Assembly: GCA_951406725.2 (NCBI GenBank)
Contig: OX597817.1
Location: forward strand, 85,126,001-85,190,000
Origin: Octopus vulgaris
Taxonomy: Eukaryota
Reading direction: 5' to 3'
Length of the DNA stretch: 64,000 bases
Shown here: positions 44,116 through 58,300 of the stretch, piece by piece
How the letters are laid out: each line of letters opens with the position of its first letter
Position numbering within the stretch: position 1 is the stretch's first letter
The notes under the pieces: model-generated
Told to the model about the DNA's origin: nothing
What the model saw: the letters and a program-made list of their open reading frames with translations, nothing else
The model's database searches: none
Translations under genes and position numbers: made by a program

Positions 44116-47109
44116 AAAAAAAAATTTTGTTTTCGTATGACAAGTTAGAGAGTTTGGTGGAGACACTGTTAGTAAGGGACTAGAAGACTTTGCAGCAGTT
44201 TGGAAAGTGAGAGGATTTGCAGGCTGTGTAATATGTAAAAATGTTCTCTGTATTGTTAGTTTGCTGGTATGGAGATGATATCTCAGTGATGTTCCAATAT
44301 AGGCCCTTGTTTTCCTTTTATTATTGGATTAATATGAAGGAAGGGATTATATTGATGGTTTTTGTTGGCCTTCTGATACTAGGTTAATGCTGATGATACA
44401 TCATATGATTTGTTACAAGTTGGTAACTGCTAAAAATTTTTCTAGGAGGCAAGATCATGATATACACTATTTTGGGTGAGAGAGAAAGAGAGAGAGAGAG
44501 CGATTGAAGCATTTGATGAGGATAAAGTTAAGCATTGAGATGTATCATTTAAGGGAAATAGAATGAGATTGTCAAGGGTGGTATACTTATTATTTTGAAG
44601 TAACTAGAATTACATTCTCACTTGGGATATCTGAGTGCATTGATGGTTAGTCCAAATGAGTGGAGTAGAAAGGTAGTTTTGAAGGAGATATACCTGTAGT
44701 GTGGAGTTATATGCAAAGCAGGCAGTAAACTTATAACAGTGTACCTTGAAATAAAGGTGGTTGAATAAGTTTTAGCAATTATGTTGAAAAGGTTATATTT
44801 TAGATGACTGTATTGCAATTTAGTTTTGTATCAGTAAATGGTTCAAAAAATTTAAGAATTTTGGTGAATCAGGTGTAAAATAAATATTTAATGAAAGAAT
44901 CAATCATTCTGTTTTGCATTTGTTAACAAAGAGTCAGCTTATAACTGGCTACCATATTTTATTAAATGGTGGAAATCAGGAAAGTTAGGTTTGCATGAAT
45001 GATTACTGTATTTTGTAGTATGATTGCACTGCATTGTGGAAGAAACACTCTGATTTTGAAAATGTAATTTTACATAAAAAATTGTTTGTACTCACCAAAG
45101 TCCTGTACACGTGATCAAGCACTGCCCAGCAGGCACATGCTAAATGCCTGTTGTCAGACAAAATTGGCAGGCAAATCAGTTGTGTGTTCATGTCTGTCAT
45201 TCAGCAAAATCACCAAACAGTTGCTTCCTGCCTGGTGGTTTGCTGCTCTTCCCTTTAACTACTCTGCATTTCTCAAACAGCATTGCAGAAGATGCATGGT
45301 AATTTTCAGGGTACTTTTTTATGATTTTACAAAGAAGGTGCATCTGCAATGCTGAAAAATATGGTATAAGTCCTTTTGTGTGGCTGTGTGGTAGGAAACA
45401 TGCTTCCCAACCACACAGTTTCAGGTATAGTCTTACTGTGTGGCACTTTGTACAAGTGTCTTCTACTATAACCCCAGGCCAACCAAAGCCTTGTGAGTAG
45501 ATTTAGTTGAAGGAAACTGAAAGAAACTTGTCATATATATATATTTTCTTATTTCTTACTTTACTAGAAGTAATAGCTTCTCCTATACTTTTCCAGGTGT
45601 AATGACTTGTCCTGTACTTTTCCGGGTTTATTATCTTAAGAATATTACTTTTCATACTTGTATTTTCCCATGTAATCCATGGTTTTTCCAGGCATTGCTG
45701 TTATAAGATAATAAATAATGTGTCAATTAATAATTTAAGATTTTACCTTATAAAATACTGAAAGATAATATTTCAATTTACAAACAGCAACACCCTAAAA
45801 CCATCAGTTATCTGGCTCGCCTTAAGTAACCTAATTTTGCAATATTAGGTGGTCACAGGAATTCATTCAATGAAAACAATAATTTCCAATGATTCCGATA
45901 TGGAGGTGGGTACTTGATTCCATGCAAAAAATAAAATTTTTTGTTTTTTTCTTTCTTAGTGAAAATCATGTGGGTGTTAATATAGAAATTGACCATAATG
46001 CTGTTGTTATTTAGCCGCAAATACACCTGATACTGCAAACGTATCATCAAAGACATTCCAGCCTTTAGCAAACCATCTTTTTAGGGATAATCTAGAACAT
46101 TACATACAATGGGCATGTGATTTAGGTAGGGGTATACTTTGGCTGCTATTTTTAATGTGTTGAGTGACCAGGTAGAGACACTTTCATTGGTGCGATTGTG
46201 TGATGAGAGTTTTTTACACATATATGTAATATGTATATATCATCGGCAGAAGTTAGAGAGTAAGTCAAAAGCTGGGAGTTTCGTGTATTGGCACTTATCA
46301 ACCACGAATTTGTCCATTGTCACTCTGTAACTTCTGACGAAATAACTTCTAAAATACAAAATTTTGTCCAAAACATTAAGAATAAACCCCATTCTATGTG
46401 ACATATTCTACCAATATCAGAAGTTTGAAAGTGTTTAGTTAAAAAAAAATTAATTAAATAATCTGTATGTCCAAGTCAACCTTGACAAAATTTGAACTCA
46501 TAACAAGATCCCAGTAAGCATTTCACCCAGCATGCTAACGTTTCTGCCAGCTCACAGACTTAGAATGTAAGCATTCATTTTAGAAATATATTCCTTATTC
46601 TTATTGCTTAAGCATTACTCCCTTACTTCCTTACTTACTGGCATTAAATTTCGTAACATTTCACCTGATAACTTTTTTTCTACTAATTTTTGTTCGATGT
46701 AACTAATGATTCCAAATTCCTCATGTATTTTTCTATCATTTAAGCCTAAGAAAAGTGTACTTTTAATTTAGAATTAAAAAATTTATGTTAATTGAAGCTG
46801 AATATCTGCTTTACTGCTCCCTTGAGGTCGCAGATATTTTGATGTAACATTTTTTCTCATGAACCAAATCTCAAACTATTTATGCCAAGGTGTAGCTGAG
46901 GAGGTGTCCTCTTTAAAACTATTAACAGTTTGCAATTTAGTTGAGAACTAAATTACTGGTGAAGCTTGGAAGCTGCTGTGATTGACGAAATGGTAAATTT
47001 AAGAATATATTCAACCATTACTGTGGTTGAATGATATATATACATACATACATAATATACATACATATGTGTGTGTGTGTGTGAGAACGTAAAGACAGAT
47101 GAAATACCT

Positions 47110-47320
47110 ATTTCTTTACTACCCACAAGGGGCTAAACACAGAGGATAAACAAGGACAGACAACCGCATTAAGTCGATTATATCGACCCCAGTGCATAAC
47201 TGGTACTTATTTAATCACCCCCGAAAGGATGAAAAGCAGTCGACCTCGGCAGAATTTGAACTCAGAACGTAGTGGCAGATGAAATACTGCTAAGCATTTT
47301 GCCCGGCATGCTAACGTTTC
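47110..47320 (-). mobile_element. SINE family D
   Basis: tRNA-like head (gttagcatgccgg..gagttcaaattc) on the minus strand. Related copies at about 46470-46555, 56460-56620, 58170-58365 and 58540-58745. Confidence 0.7.
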
Positions 47321-47650
47321 TTATTTCTTTGTGTCTTTGTCTTTGTCCCCACCACCACTGGGTAACCACTGTTGGTTTCCTTATGTCCCTGTAACTTAGT
47401 GATTCAGCAAAAAGAGACTGATAGAATAAGTAACACACTTAAAAATTAAGCACTGGGGTCAATCTTTTTAACTAAACCCATCACGGTATGGGTGCATCTA
47501 ATTACTGAAACAAATAAAAAAAGGGAAGACAAAAGATTATCCTGCAAAGGACTGTGTTTAAAAAATCTGAAGAAATAGTGCTACATTCAGTAGCAGTAAA
47601 ATGAGGGGAAAATTTTAGTAGATGACAGAACTGTTCTCAGCTATTGCACA

Positions 47651-47870
47651 TTAACCCTTTTGTTACTATATTTCTATTGAAATACACTGTTTCTAAAATA
47701 ATGAAAAATTTACTAAAATAACTGTGTCATTATTCAGCTGGTGTTTTGAACATAAATTAGCATGAAATTTTGATGGAAGGTTATAATTTAGACAATTTTA
47801 AAGCAGTGAGTTTTTGTCATAGAACCAGGGTATTCTTGGGTGGGTTTGTACAAGAAGAGTGAAAAGGCTT
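47651..47870. mobile_element. Short TTAA-CCC-terminated repeat (piggyBac-type MITE-like)
   Basis: Starts ttaaccctt. The internal gtcattattcagctggtgttttgaacataaatt recurs near 33820 and inverted near 53020. Confidence 0.45.
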
Positions 47871-49063
47871 CAGATCCATAGGAATTTTGTTTTTCATTGC
47901 AAGTCAGTCTCTCCAAGAATTGCAGAAAAGATTTTACTATGGAGGAGTGAGCTTGATTTGAAGAGTTTTGAAGATGAACATGTCAAAAGCCAAACTACAT
48001 TTCTAATTTTTGAAAGCCTTAAAGCAGTGTCCAAAAAATACCCACTCTTAATATGCAGGAACTGAGTAGGCAGAGTGAAAAATAATAGTTTTATTAGTAT
48101 TGAAAATTATTTCATTCTAGTAAAATGCTAAGAAAAGTATACATCTATTATACTTACATAATGGCAAAGAAATTATCTATTTCTATAATGAATTTTATTG
48201 TCAGTTGGTTCAGATATTGTTAGGCATGTAATTGGTTCTTTATTGGCTTACAATATAAAAATAGCAAATGTATGGCTTAAAAAAATGACTGACTTCTATA
48301 TAAGAAAGCTCAACAACATGTGGGACACTTTGTGTCTTAAAATAGTTCATAATGGAACACAGTAAGTGATATGAACTGCTTGCCAAGCAAAACAAGTTTG
48401 TATGTGCCACTTATTCACAAATACAACAACAGCACTTCTCTTCACTCATAGAGTCTAAAACTCTCTAGTTAGAAAATGCTCATCTGCTAAAATTACTGTA
48501 ATTTCCATTTTCAAACTTAGCTCAGTTGGAAGATGTCTTCTGATAGAATTTTACAAATTAGAACTTTTTGTAAACTAAGTGTCCAAATTACACATTACTA
48601 CATACCTGCTAGTAAATGAAATCCACATGATCACATTCACTAACTGAATGTTGTAAGAATAGATGAAACCATAACAGTATATCTGGTGTTGGAAAATTTA
48701 GGATAATCCGAAAAATTTGATCTTCATTTATATGTATACCTACACACACTCGCATGCATGTATATATATAAATATATATCATCATTTAATGTCTACTTTT
48801 CTTTGCTTCTACGGGTCAAATAGAATATATTTGAGGCAGATTTTCTATGTCTGAAGGCCCTTCCTGTCACCAACACATACCTGTTACCAAACAAGATAAT
48901 ATTTCCTCACAGCCAGACATGTTCTCACAGACTAATGCAAATGAATGACACTGCTTATATAATAGTGACATTCAATTACATTAGGAAAGGGAGACACAAA
49001 CATACATGCACTCACACATCCCTCCACACACCACACATATATGTATGCATGTGTGTATATATT

Positions 49064-49104
<41 letters not shown>

Positions 49105-49640
49105 TACACACACATACAATGGGCTTCTTTCAGTTTTTATCTACCAAATCCACTCACAAGGCTTTGGTTGGCCCACAGCTATGGCAGAAAACTCTTGCCC
49201 AAAGTGCCACACAGCAGAACTGAACCTAAAACCATGGGTTGGGAAGCAAACTTCTTACCACACAACTACACCTACAGCTATAAAGAAATATATGTGTGTG
49301 TGTGTGTTATGTAGAGGTATGCATGTATGTGCATATGTATCAAAATGTTTGTGTATATGTGTGCATACTTTCTACTTCCCTTTTATTTTTTTTTATTAAT
49401 TTATTGGACTACTTAATGAACAGACTATTTGAAAAAATATGTATTATTCTCATGACCCTCCAATTAAAATTTTTTTTCACATTTTTCCATAGATAATTAT
49501 ATTTATAAATCAATCTAATAAAAGTGAACTCTAAGATTTTTTGGAAGTTTGATAAGTGGTATACACAAAATTTATGATCTAGGTGTTACTTTGTAACTTC
49601 TGTTAACTATGTATATATATATATATATATATATATCCAC

Positions 49641-49706
49641 ATCTTGTATCTATCTCTTGTATGTACTTTATTTTTACCGTTGGTGACATGCTGTACCCAT
49701 ATATGC

Positions 49707-49761
<55 letters not shown>

Positions 49762-50560
49762 TATTAAATTATTTATTTAATTGGATGCATCGCATCCATT
49801 CCCAAGTAAGTTCACTTCACCCATTTTTTATGAAACTCTCTACTCTGTACTATTTTCTTCCTCTCATCTTTACTTCCTTCTTCCTCCATCCTTCTCTAAT
49901 TCCCCTTCACACTTCACCCTTTTCTATCTGTCTCTCTCTCTCTCTCCCTTCTTTCCTTTTCTCTCTCTCTCTCTCTCATTGTTCACATGTGACCATCATC
50001 CATCCTTCTTTTCCTCATGCAACCATCTTTCTTTTCCTGCTCAGACGTCTAAACAACTAGGACGTTTTTTTCCCCCCTCTCTTCTATCTTCTCTCTTCTC
50101 AAAGCATTCACTATTCTCCCAGTATTCACTATTCTCCTTTCATTCCGCATTAACGACCCTCCATGTCTGTTTTCTTTGTATGTCTCCAGTCAATTTTTTG
50201 TTCCCAACTTTGACCCTCCATAAATCCTAAATTTTATTTTAGAATTTATGGGAGCTACTGTCTTTGAAGACTCATATTGTCATTTGAATGCTTGAAATGA
50301 GGAGTAGATAGACAGCCGATAACTGATGAAGTGTCCTTTTCCTGTGTTAACTTGTCCTGTTTTCCATTTTTTCTCATTGTTTACATATTTTACTTGTTTT
50401 TGTCCTGTAATTACTGTCCATGTCTTGTATCTATCTCTCGTGTGTATGTTATTTGCACCGTTGGTGACATCCTGTACCCATATATACATGTATATATATA
50501 TTTTATTTATTTATTTAATTGAACTCGATGCATCCATTCCCAAGTAAGTTTATCTCCACC
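49641..50560 (+). mobile_element. Non-autonomous direct-repeat element (PLE pLTR / retrozyme-like)
   Basis: Direct repeats at about 49641-49822 and 50423-50560 (tcttgtatctatctct..ccgttggtgacat..gcatccattcccaagtaagtt). A degenerate hammerhead-like motif lies at 50258-50315, and the flanks are TA. Confidence 0.55.
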
Positions 50561-50728
50561 TATATATATATATACATACACTCACAAGCATATACAAACA
50601 CACACATGCACACATACTATGTTTGAAATTTACTTTCTTGTCTGTAAAATGTGAAATACATTTGAAGCTTCAAAAGTTTCTTTATTATATAAAGAAACTT
50701 TGGAAGGCCTTCCTGATCTATAGTTATT

Positions 50729-51973
50729 TTAGGTTGTTTCACATGAAATGTCGCATTTTTAAATGCTTGTTATTTCAGTCTTTTAAAAACTCAATTATGT
50801 ATACCTTGCATTTAATCTTGACCCTTTTTCTTTCCCAATGATATTGGTATACAATATTCATACCCACAGACCTTATGAAAATGATAGCAACCAAACTATG
50901 TTGAGTGATTTTCCCATATGAGTACAAACTGGGTCACTCTGCCACAGAAGCTCTATGGAATTTCTAGCGGGCCTTTGGTAATGGTTATGTTGACATCAGA
51001 ACTGTTCAGAGATGGTTCCAAAGCTCTCATTCAAGAGATGATAGCCTTGAAAATAAACCAAGGGGTAGGCCAAAATCAGTTACTTAGCATGATTAATTAA
51101 ATCCTTTGGTTGAACAAAATCTGAGAACAAAGGTTTGAAAACTTTCATCAGAACTCCAAACATCTCACACAACTGTTTTTGGACACCTGTAAAAAATTGG
51201 AAAAGTCAAGACAACAAATAGGTTTGTTCCACATCAACTGAATGAGATTCAAAAAAACATGCCTCGAAGAGTGCTCCTTGTTGCTTTCTCAACTGGAAAA
51301 AGACCATTTTTGCATCAAATCATTACTTGTGATGAGAAATGGATACTCTTTGACAACAGCAGGAAAACAAGACAGTGATTAGATGCAGGATAGTCACCTA
51401 AACACTACTCAAATCTACCATTGCACCCTAAAAAGTTAGTGGTCACTGTATGGTGGTCTGCAAAGGGAGTTATTCATTATTCATTTTTGCAACAAGGGAA
51501 AACGGTAACAGCAACATTGTATTGTCAGGAAATTGATTGTATGAATGAAAAATTGAAAAAGAAGCAACTCAAACTAGTGAATAGAGATGGCCCAATTTTG
51601 TTCCATGACAATGCATGTCCTCACACTCCTCAAGCTACGGTCCAAAAGTTGCAAAGCCTGAATTATGAGATTTTGCAACATCCTCCCTATTCCCCTGATA
51701 TCTCTCCTACTGATCATCACTTATTTAAGCATTTTGAGCTTTTCATAAGCAATAAAGCTTTCTTAAATAGAGAAGAGGTAATTGAAGCGTTCGGACAGTT
51801 TATCACAGTAAAAGATGAATTTTTTTAAAGATGGAATATATGACAGAGAAACATTGGGCAAATGTCATAAATGAACATGGATCATACTTTGATTAAATAA
51901 ATCAGTTCTCTAACATTTCTGAAACATTATATTGTTACCTTTCAAATATGACATTTCACGTGAAACAACCTAA
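50729..51973 (+). mobile_element. mariner (DD34D) DNA transposon, degenerate full-length copy
   Basis: TIRs ttaggttgtttcacatgaaatgtc / gacatttcacgtgaaacaacctaa. Motifs are FVPHQL, TCDEKWIL, HDNACPH and YSPDISPTD. Confidence 0.92.
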
Positions 51974-52599
51974 TATAAGGCTGGTTTCCTAGATTCTGTG
52001 GCATTTCCTCCTGAAATTCACACAAATCCATTGCAAGATTACTCATTTTTGCCAGCTGAGTGGAGTAAAACGACATGAAATGAAGTGTTTTGCTCAAGAG
52101 CACAATGCATCACCAAGTCCAGAGATCAAAACCATAATCTTATGATCATGACTGCAACACCCTAACTACTAAACCACTATGTAATTGAAAATATTTTTTG
52201 ATCTTGAAAATATTTTCGAAAATTAGGGCAATTAAGAGATACATCTATCACTTCACCTATCACTCCCTTGTCTCTAGTACCCTTATAAATATTTTCCATC
52301 TCTTACTTTAAGAAGCACTGTTTTATAATGATATATTAACATTAATCATTCTATTCTAGACTGACATACAACTATACAAAAGGTTTATTTATAATGCAGA
52401 AATCACTTTTCATTGAAAGATTAATTGAGTATGAACATCAGTTTACTCCACTCAATTGAAATGGCTATGTTATATGAAGATATTATTCATAAACTCTTTT
52501 TTTATGTTTTCATTTTCATGTTGCCTTATCCTTCCTCTTATTTTGCATAGATATTTTCGGTTTTTTTAACCCAATTTTTATATATTATTTCTTTTGCAG

Positions 52600-52705
52600 T
52601 ATATAGAATTTTGGTCAGCTCAGTTGTTTAGTTTTCTGTAGCAATTATTCTGAAATAATGGATAAAGTAAAGCATATATTTAAGATGCGGAAAAATACCT
52701 ACGAA
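52600..52705 (+). CDS. Candidate host-gene exon containing a start codon (ATG 52658; MDKVKHIFKMRKNTYE, phase 0 donor); gene unidentified
   Basis: Strong polypyrimidine acceptor ttttcttttgcag and consensus donor GAA|gtaagt in non-repetitive sequence; ATG context ataATGG. Confidence 0.5.
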
Positions 52706-53969
52706 GTAAGTAGAACTTATTTTCCCAAATCTATCTCACTTTTAATGGTGATTAAAGAGTTATTTCCTTTAATTTGAATACTAATGTAACAATATATATT
52801 CATAATCTGAATTAAATATCCTGCCTCAAGTCATATTTTTATATGTTCATCTCCTATATTTAGGTCCAGCATAATTATGTGAGAGTGTGTAGAGCAATGA
52901 GTTTTGCACAAATATCACCTTATTAATGTGTCCTTCCTTTTTTAAACTCTTTTGATATCAGTCCACCTGAGACTTTTTTTAAAGTGACCCAAATTTAAAC
53001 CTTCAACAAAATGTTCATGTTAATTTATATTTCAAACACTGGCTTAATAATGACAAAATCTTTGATTTTAAAAATTTATTAAAATGAAGGTAGTGTATTT
53101 CATTAGTAATATGACAATGAAATAGTTCAGACAGCTTGGGAGGTTTAGTCTGATTGTCAAGTCATATTTTTATATGTTCTACCATTTCATTTTAAGTTCA
53201 GCTTATTTATGTATGTATTTGTGTAGAACAATAAGATTTACATACAATTTATCTAATTAAGTTTCTCACGATGTTTATTATAATGATACAGACACTGACA
53301 TTATAAATATTGTAAAATCCAGCAAGTCAAAAACTTACACATTTCTTGAGCTGTTTAGTCTGAGATGAGCCTGATTAAGAAGACTAAGCATCAAAGACAT
53401 TCCACCCATGACCAATTCATTTTTTTCTGTTACAGACTGTGTATCCATGATTGCATTATCCGATGTTTCCTTCCTCTTTTTAAGACAGTAGGGAGGTTTA
53501 GGTACTTTTTCTATTGAGTCAAGTGACCACATTTAGGTTTTCCTCCTTAGCTCTAACAGTTTGTTGATGAATATTTAGCAATGCAATATGGATAAATGGG
53601 ACATTTGCTTCATAATTGCATGATTCTGGGTTCAATCCCACTGCATGGTATCTTAGACAAATTTTATTATCTACTGCCTCAAGTCAACCTATACCTTATC
53701 AGTGAAATTTGGTTGGCAGAAACTTCAGAGAAACTCGTCAGGTTGGATTGTATTTGTAATTCCAAAAGTACAGGCTTTGTCACACACTGTGTCATACTGA
53801 TTCCGCTTGATAATTATGTTAAGGATGCACATGTCTGTGAAATGCCCAGTCACTTACATATTAAGTAAGGAGCAAGAAGTTAGGTTGATCAAATAATTGA
53901 ATGATGGAGATCTGTTACTATTAACAATTTACAGTTTCTAGTCTTGGAACATTTATTTCAATAAACTGC

Positions 53970-54495
<526 letters not shown>

Positions 54496-54964
54496 AAGAT
54501 AAATATAAAAAGTAAATGACTTCATGTTGATACTATTATGACAAATTGATAAATAGATGTTGAAGAAATTTAAACGAAATAGAGATTTCTAGACCTTGTT
54601 ATAATTTATGTAACAATTTTACACCATTAACAAATGTTTACATAGGTGAGATTGATCTTTATGGGAGCAGGTGTTTTTAGCTGAATTCTCTTCCTACTGC
54701 TAATTACTCAATCATAAACTTGTTTTTGCCAGTCACGCAAAGTCAGTCAAACCATGGAAAGTAGAAGCTTGTTCTTCATGTAGAATACAACATAATCCAA
54801 GTAGATATACATCCATTATTACCCAGATAGACTGTAATTAGTTCTGAAATAAGATGGCCAAATGGATAAAGTATTTAGTGTCTTTTTGTTTCTTTGGGAA
54901 AAAACACTTCACTATCCTTGCTTCAGTTCACTTACTGTTGCAAAAAGTATGAGGATTTTTTAAT

Positions 54965-55322
54965 GCAATAGCTACTCTCAATACTTACCAGCAGTTATTA
55001 CCTGCAATTCTTATCCACACTTATTACCAGCAATAGCTATCAGAAATAGTTGCCTACAATAGTTACCTATAATAATTACTTGTAATAGTTATCTGCAATA
55101 GCTACCTGTAATAGTTATATGCAACTGTTACCTGAAATAGTTATCTGCACTAGTTACAAATAACAGTTACCTGTAATAGCTATCTGCATTAGCTACCTAT
55201 AATACTTACATGCAATAGTTACCCACAATTTTTACCTGCAATAATTACTGGTAATAGTTACCTGCAATAATTACCTGCAGTAGTTACCTGCAATAGTTAT
55301 TTGTAATAGGTACTGGCAATAG
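54965..55322. repeat. Degenerate 13-bp minisatellite (consensus aatagttacctgc)
   Basis: About 27 diverged units are visible. Confidence 0.85.
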
Positions 55323-58300
55323 GTTTGTGTTATATCTCAGAGGGCATTTGTTTAAGCTGCTTCATTCTAAAAAAACTAGAGCTGAGCTTTAGCTGAAGTT
55401 ACTTCATACATACCTTGTAAGTATTGAAAAACATATAAATGATGACAGCACAGTCAGCAGTACTGCCAGTTACAATGACAACTGGGAGAGGTAGACACAG
55501 AGGAGGGTGGTGGTAGTGATTGTGACAGTGCACACTTAAAAATATACAAATCATAGCTAACATAGTTTGTGTGAAGTGAAAAAGTTTTAAAGCTATATAC
55601 AGGATGTCATTGGAAGCACAAATTTCTGCTTACTTTTAAATAAATAAAGATGGTCAAGACAAGACCATGCCTTTTTGGAGAAAGGATATAGTAAATTCAG
55701 CCAGGTACTTATTGTGGAAAGATAGACGGAAGTATTAGTAACAATAGAACATTTAGTCCAGCATTCTTCTATTCAGGTCAACAATTTATTTTTGTTTTTA
55801 ATAACTATATAGATAACACTTGCTTGTTTGCTAAAGGCCAATACTTTGCAATAGGATTTTAAAAAATATCTTAATTTGATTTTGGTAGCATTATTATTAG
55901 ATTTTAGTTTTAAGATGTTTGGTGTCCTTTTCATTGTTGACTGAGATATATTTTAAAATGATGCATTGTTATCATCATCACTGACATTTTTCATCCTTGT
56001 AATCATCATTATTGTCATCATCATCATTGTCATCATTACATCACTGTCATCATTATAATCATCATCATCACCATCACTATCCTCACAGTGGTGTTGTTAT
56101 TGATATGGTCATTGTTCTTATAGATGTCAAAGGTTGCAATTTGAGTTGAAGTTCTTTCTTTTTTTCGTGTGTCCCTAAAATAGTGACAAAAGTATAGGCA
56201 GTCACTATTGTGAATGTTCCATTCATGGCCTTTACACATAGCTGACACAGTGAGAGCGGGGGTGGGAATAGGGAAAAGGGAGAGAGAGGAGGGGAGAGAG
56301 GAGAGATAAAGAGGAAAAAGAGGAAGTGAGTAGGACAGAGAGCAAAAGACAAAAAGTAAGAGAGAGAGAGAGAAAAGAGAAAGAGAGGAGACAGAAGATA
56401 GAGAGCAAAAGAAAGAGAATGAGAGCAAGTGATAGGGAGAGGAGAGAAAGAGAGGGAAAGACTGATACTTTAATATGACTGAGACTTTATTTATTCCCCT
56501 TCTATCAAAGGAATGAAAGACAAAGTTGACTTGAGCAGAATTTGAACTCAGAATGCTGGAAGTTAGAAAAACTATCACAAAGAATTCTGTCCAACATCCT
56601 ATTTATCTATGGCAATTTGCAGTCTTTGAGTTGAAAATGGTAGACTGAATTGTGATTTCAGAATTTCTATTGCGAATTTCTTTGGTGAGTTTAATGGCGC
56701 AGTTCACATTCCATTCTGAACATAGTTCCATATCAAAGATGTTACTCCACTAGAATCCAACCTTCCTCCTCTGCCTCTTCCTCTACCACCACCATCACCA
56801 CCTTCATTTCTCCCCTGCTCTCTCTCCCTCCTCCTCTTCTTCCCATCCCCTCCTCCTCCACATCATCGTCATTGTCAACAGCTAACAAGGGATCTTTCAT
56901 TTGTGATTACTTCACTTGCTAAAAGTAGCACCTAAATCTTCCTTAAATCACTCACCACTAATTTAACAAAAAAAAAAAAAGAGTTAAAAAATAAAGAGTA
57001 AAAAATGACAGGGCACATTGGGTAATGTGACTTGAGAGACACTATCTTAAAAATGTGATAGAAAAGCTCATAGCTGGATTACCTTTTGTTTAGAGATATA
57101 TTTGATCAGAGTTTACCTTAGGCTAAACATTATCTTCATTATTGCTGACATCATTACTTCCATTTCTACAACTATCACTACCATCATCATCATATCATCA
57201 TCACCACCACCACCACCATCATTATCATCATCATCATCATTATTATCATCTCATCTTTGAAATGATGATTCTTTTGGCCAGATTTAGTTTAATCACAATA
57301 AATAAAACTCTGCGCTTATTTTGACATGAGTTGGCTGTTTCCATCACGAATGAACTTTATTCAGATAGACAGATTACTTATTTTCTAACCAGATAAAATG
57401 AAGCAGAAGAAATTGTCTTATTGTAGATTGAATCCAGGAGTTATGTTTTCACCCTATCTCTAAAGAGATACCATTTTATATCAAATTTGTTTATCTTGTG
57501 CTGCAAATTTCCTTCATACACTATTCAATTTTTACTCAATAGTACATCTTGTAACTTAACTGCCATAAAATGTTTATGCAATCATCATAATCTTTACCAT
57601 CATCAGTCACACTCACTACCACCATCACAGATTTAATGTTTTGCTTCTCTGGCAATTATGATGTTAATGTCCGCTTTTAATTTCAACAACATCATTATAC
57701 AATTTTAAAATTTTGGCTATTAAATATATTATATCTTTTATGCCATTTTTCATGGCAAAAAAATGTTTTGGGAATGTAGTTGATAAATTTCCTATATTCA
57801 AATAGACAGTGTTTATCAAAGTCTGACCCCACCTGCCTACCCTTGTTTCTATTGGTTAGATATACTTTATTCCATGAGGAAATGGATTATGATTATGATC
57901 AAAGTGAATAATATGAAGAAAGATTGATCTATTAAAATTAAATATGTATGCTAATGTTCAATCCATGCTAGTGTGAGAAAACATGCTCTTTATTGTGGTT
58001 AAAATGTTGTACAGTTTTCTAAATATATGATGTTTATATGAGAAGTACAGCAATCCTGTCTTACACTGTGAATTATTTAGAAAAAAAAAGAATCAGAGAA
58101 AATTTGGTTTGTTGTTGCCTTTTAAAATGGGTTTTTGAATGCCAATTATTCTAAATGTTGTTCATAATGTAGGCAAAAGGTCTGAAATTTGAGAGAATGG
58201 TTAGTTGGTATGATCTAATGCTTGACTGTTATTTTACTTTATCATCCCTGGAGGGATGAAAGGCAAAGTTGACCTCACTGGTATTCGAATTCAGAGGGTA

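Noticed and set aside
50323-50340. ctgatgaag as a further hammerhead core
   Set aside because: No downstream stem II plus GAAA is visible.
54965-55322. CRISPR-like array
   Set aside because: Contiguous 13-bp units without unique spacers, no cas genes, and a eukaryotic context.
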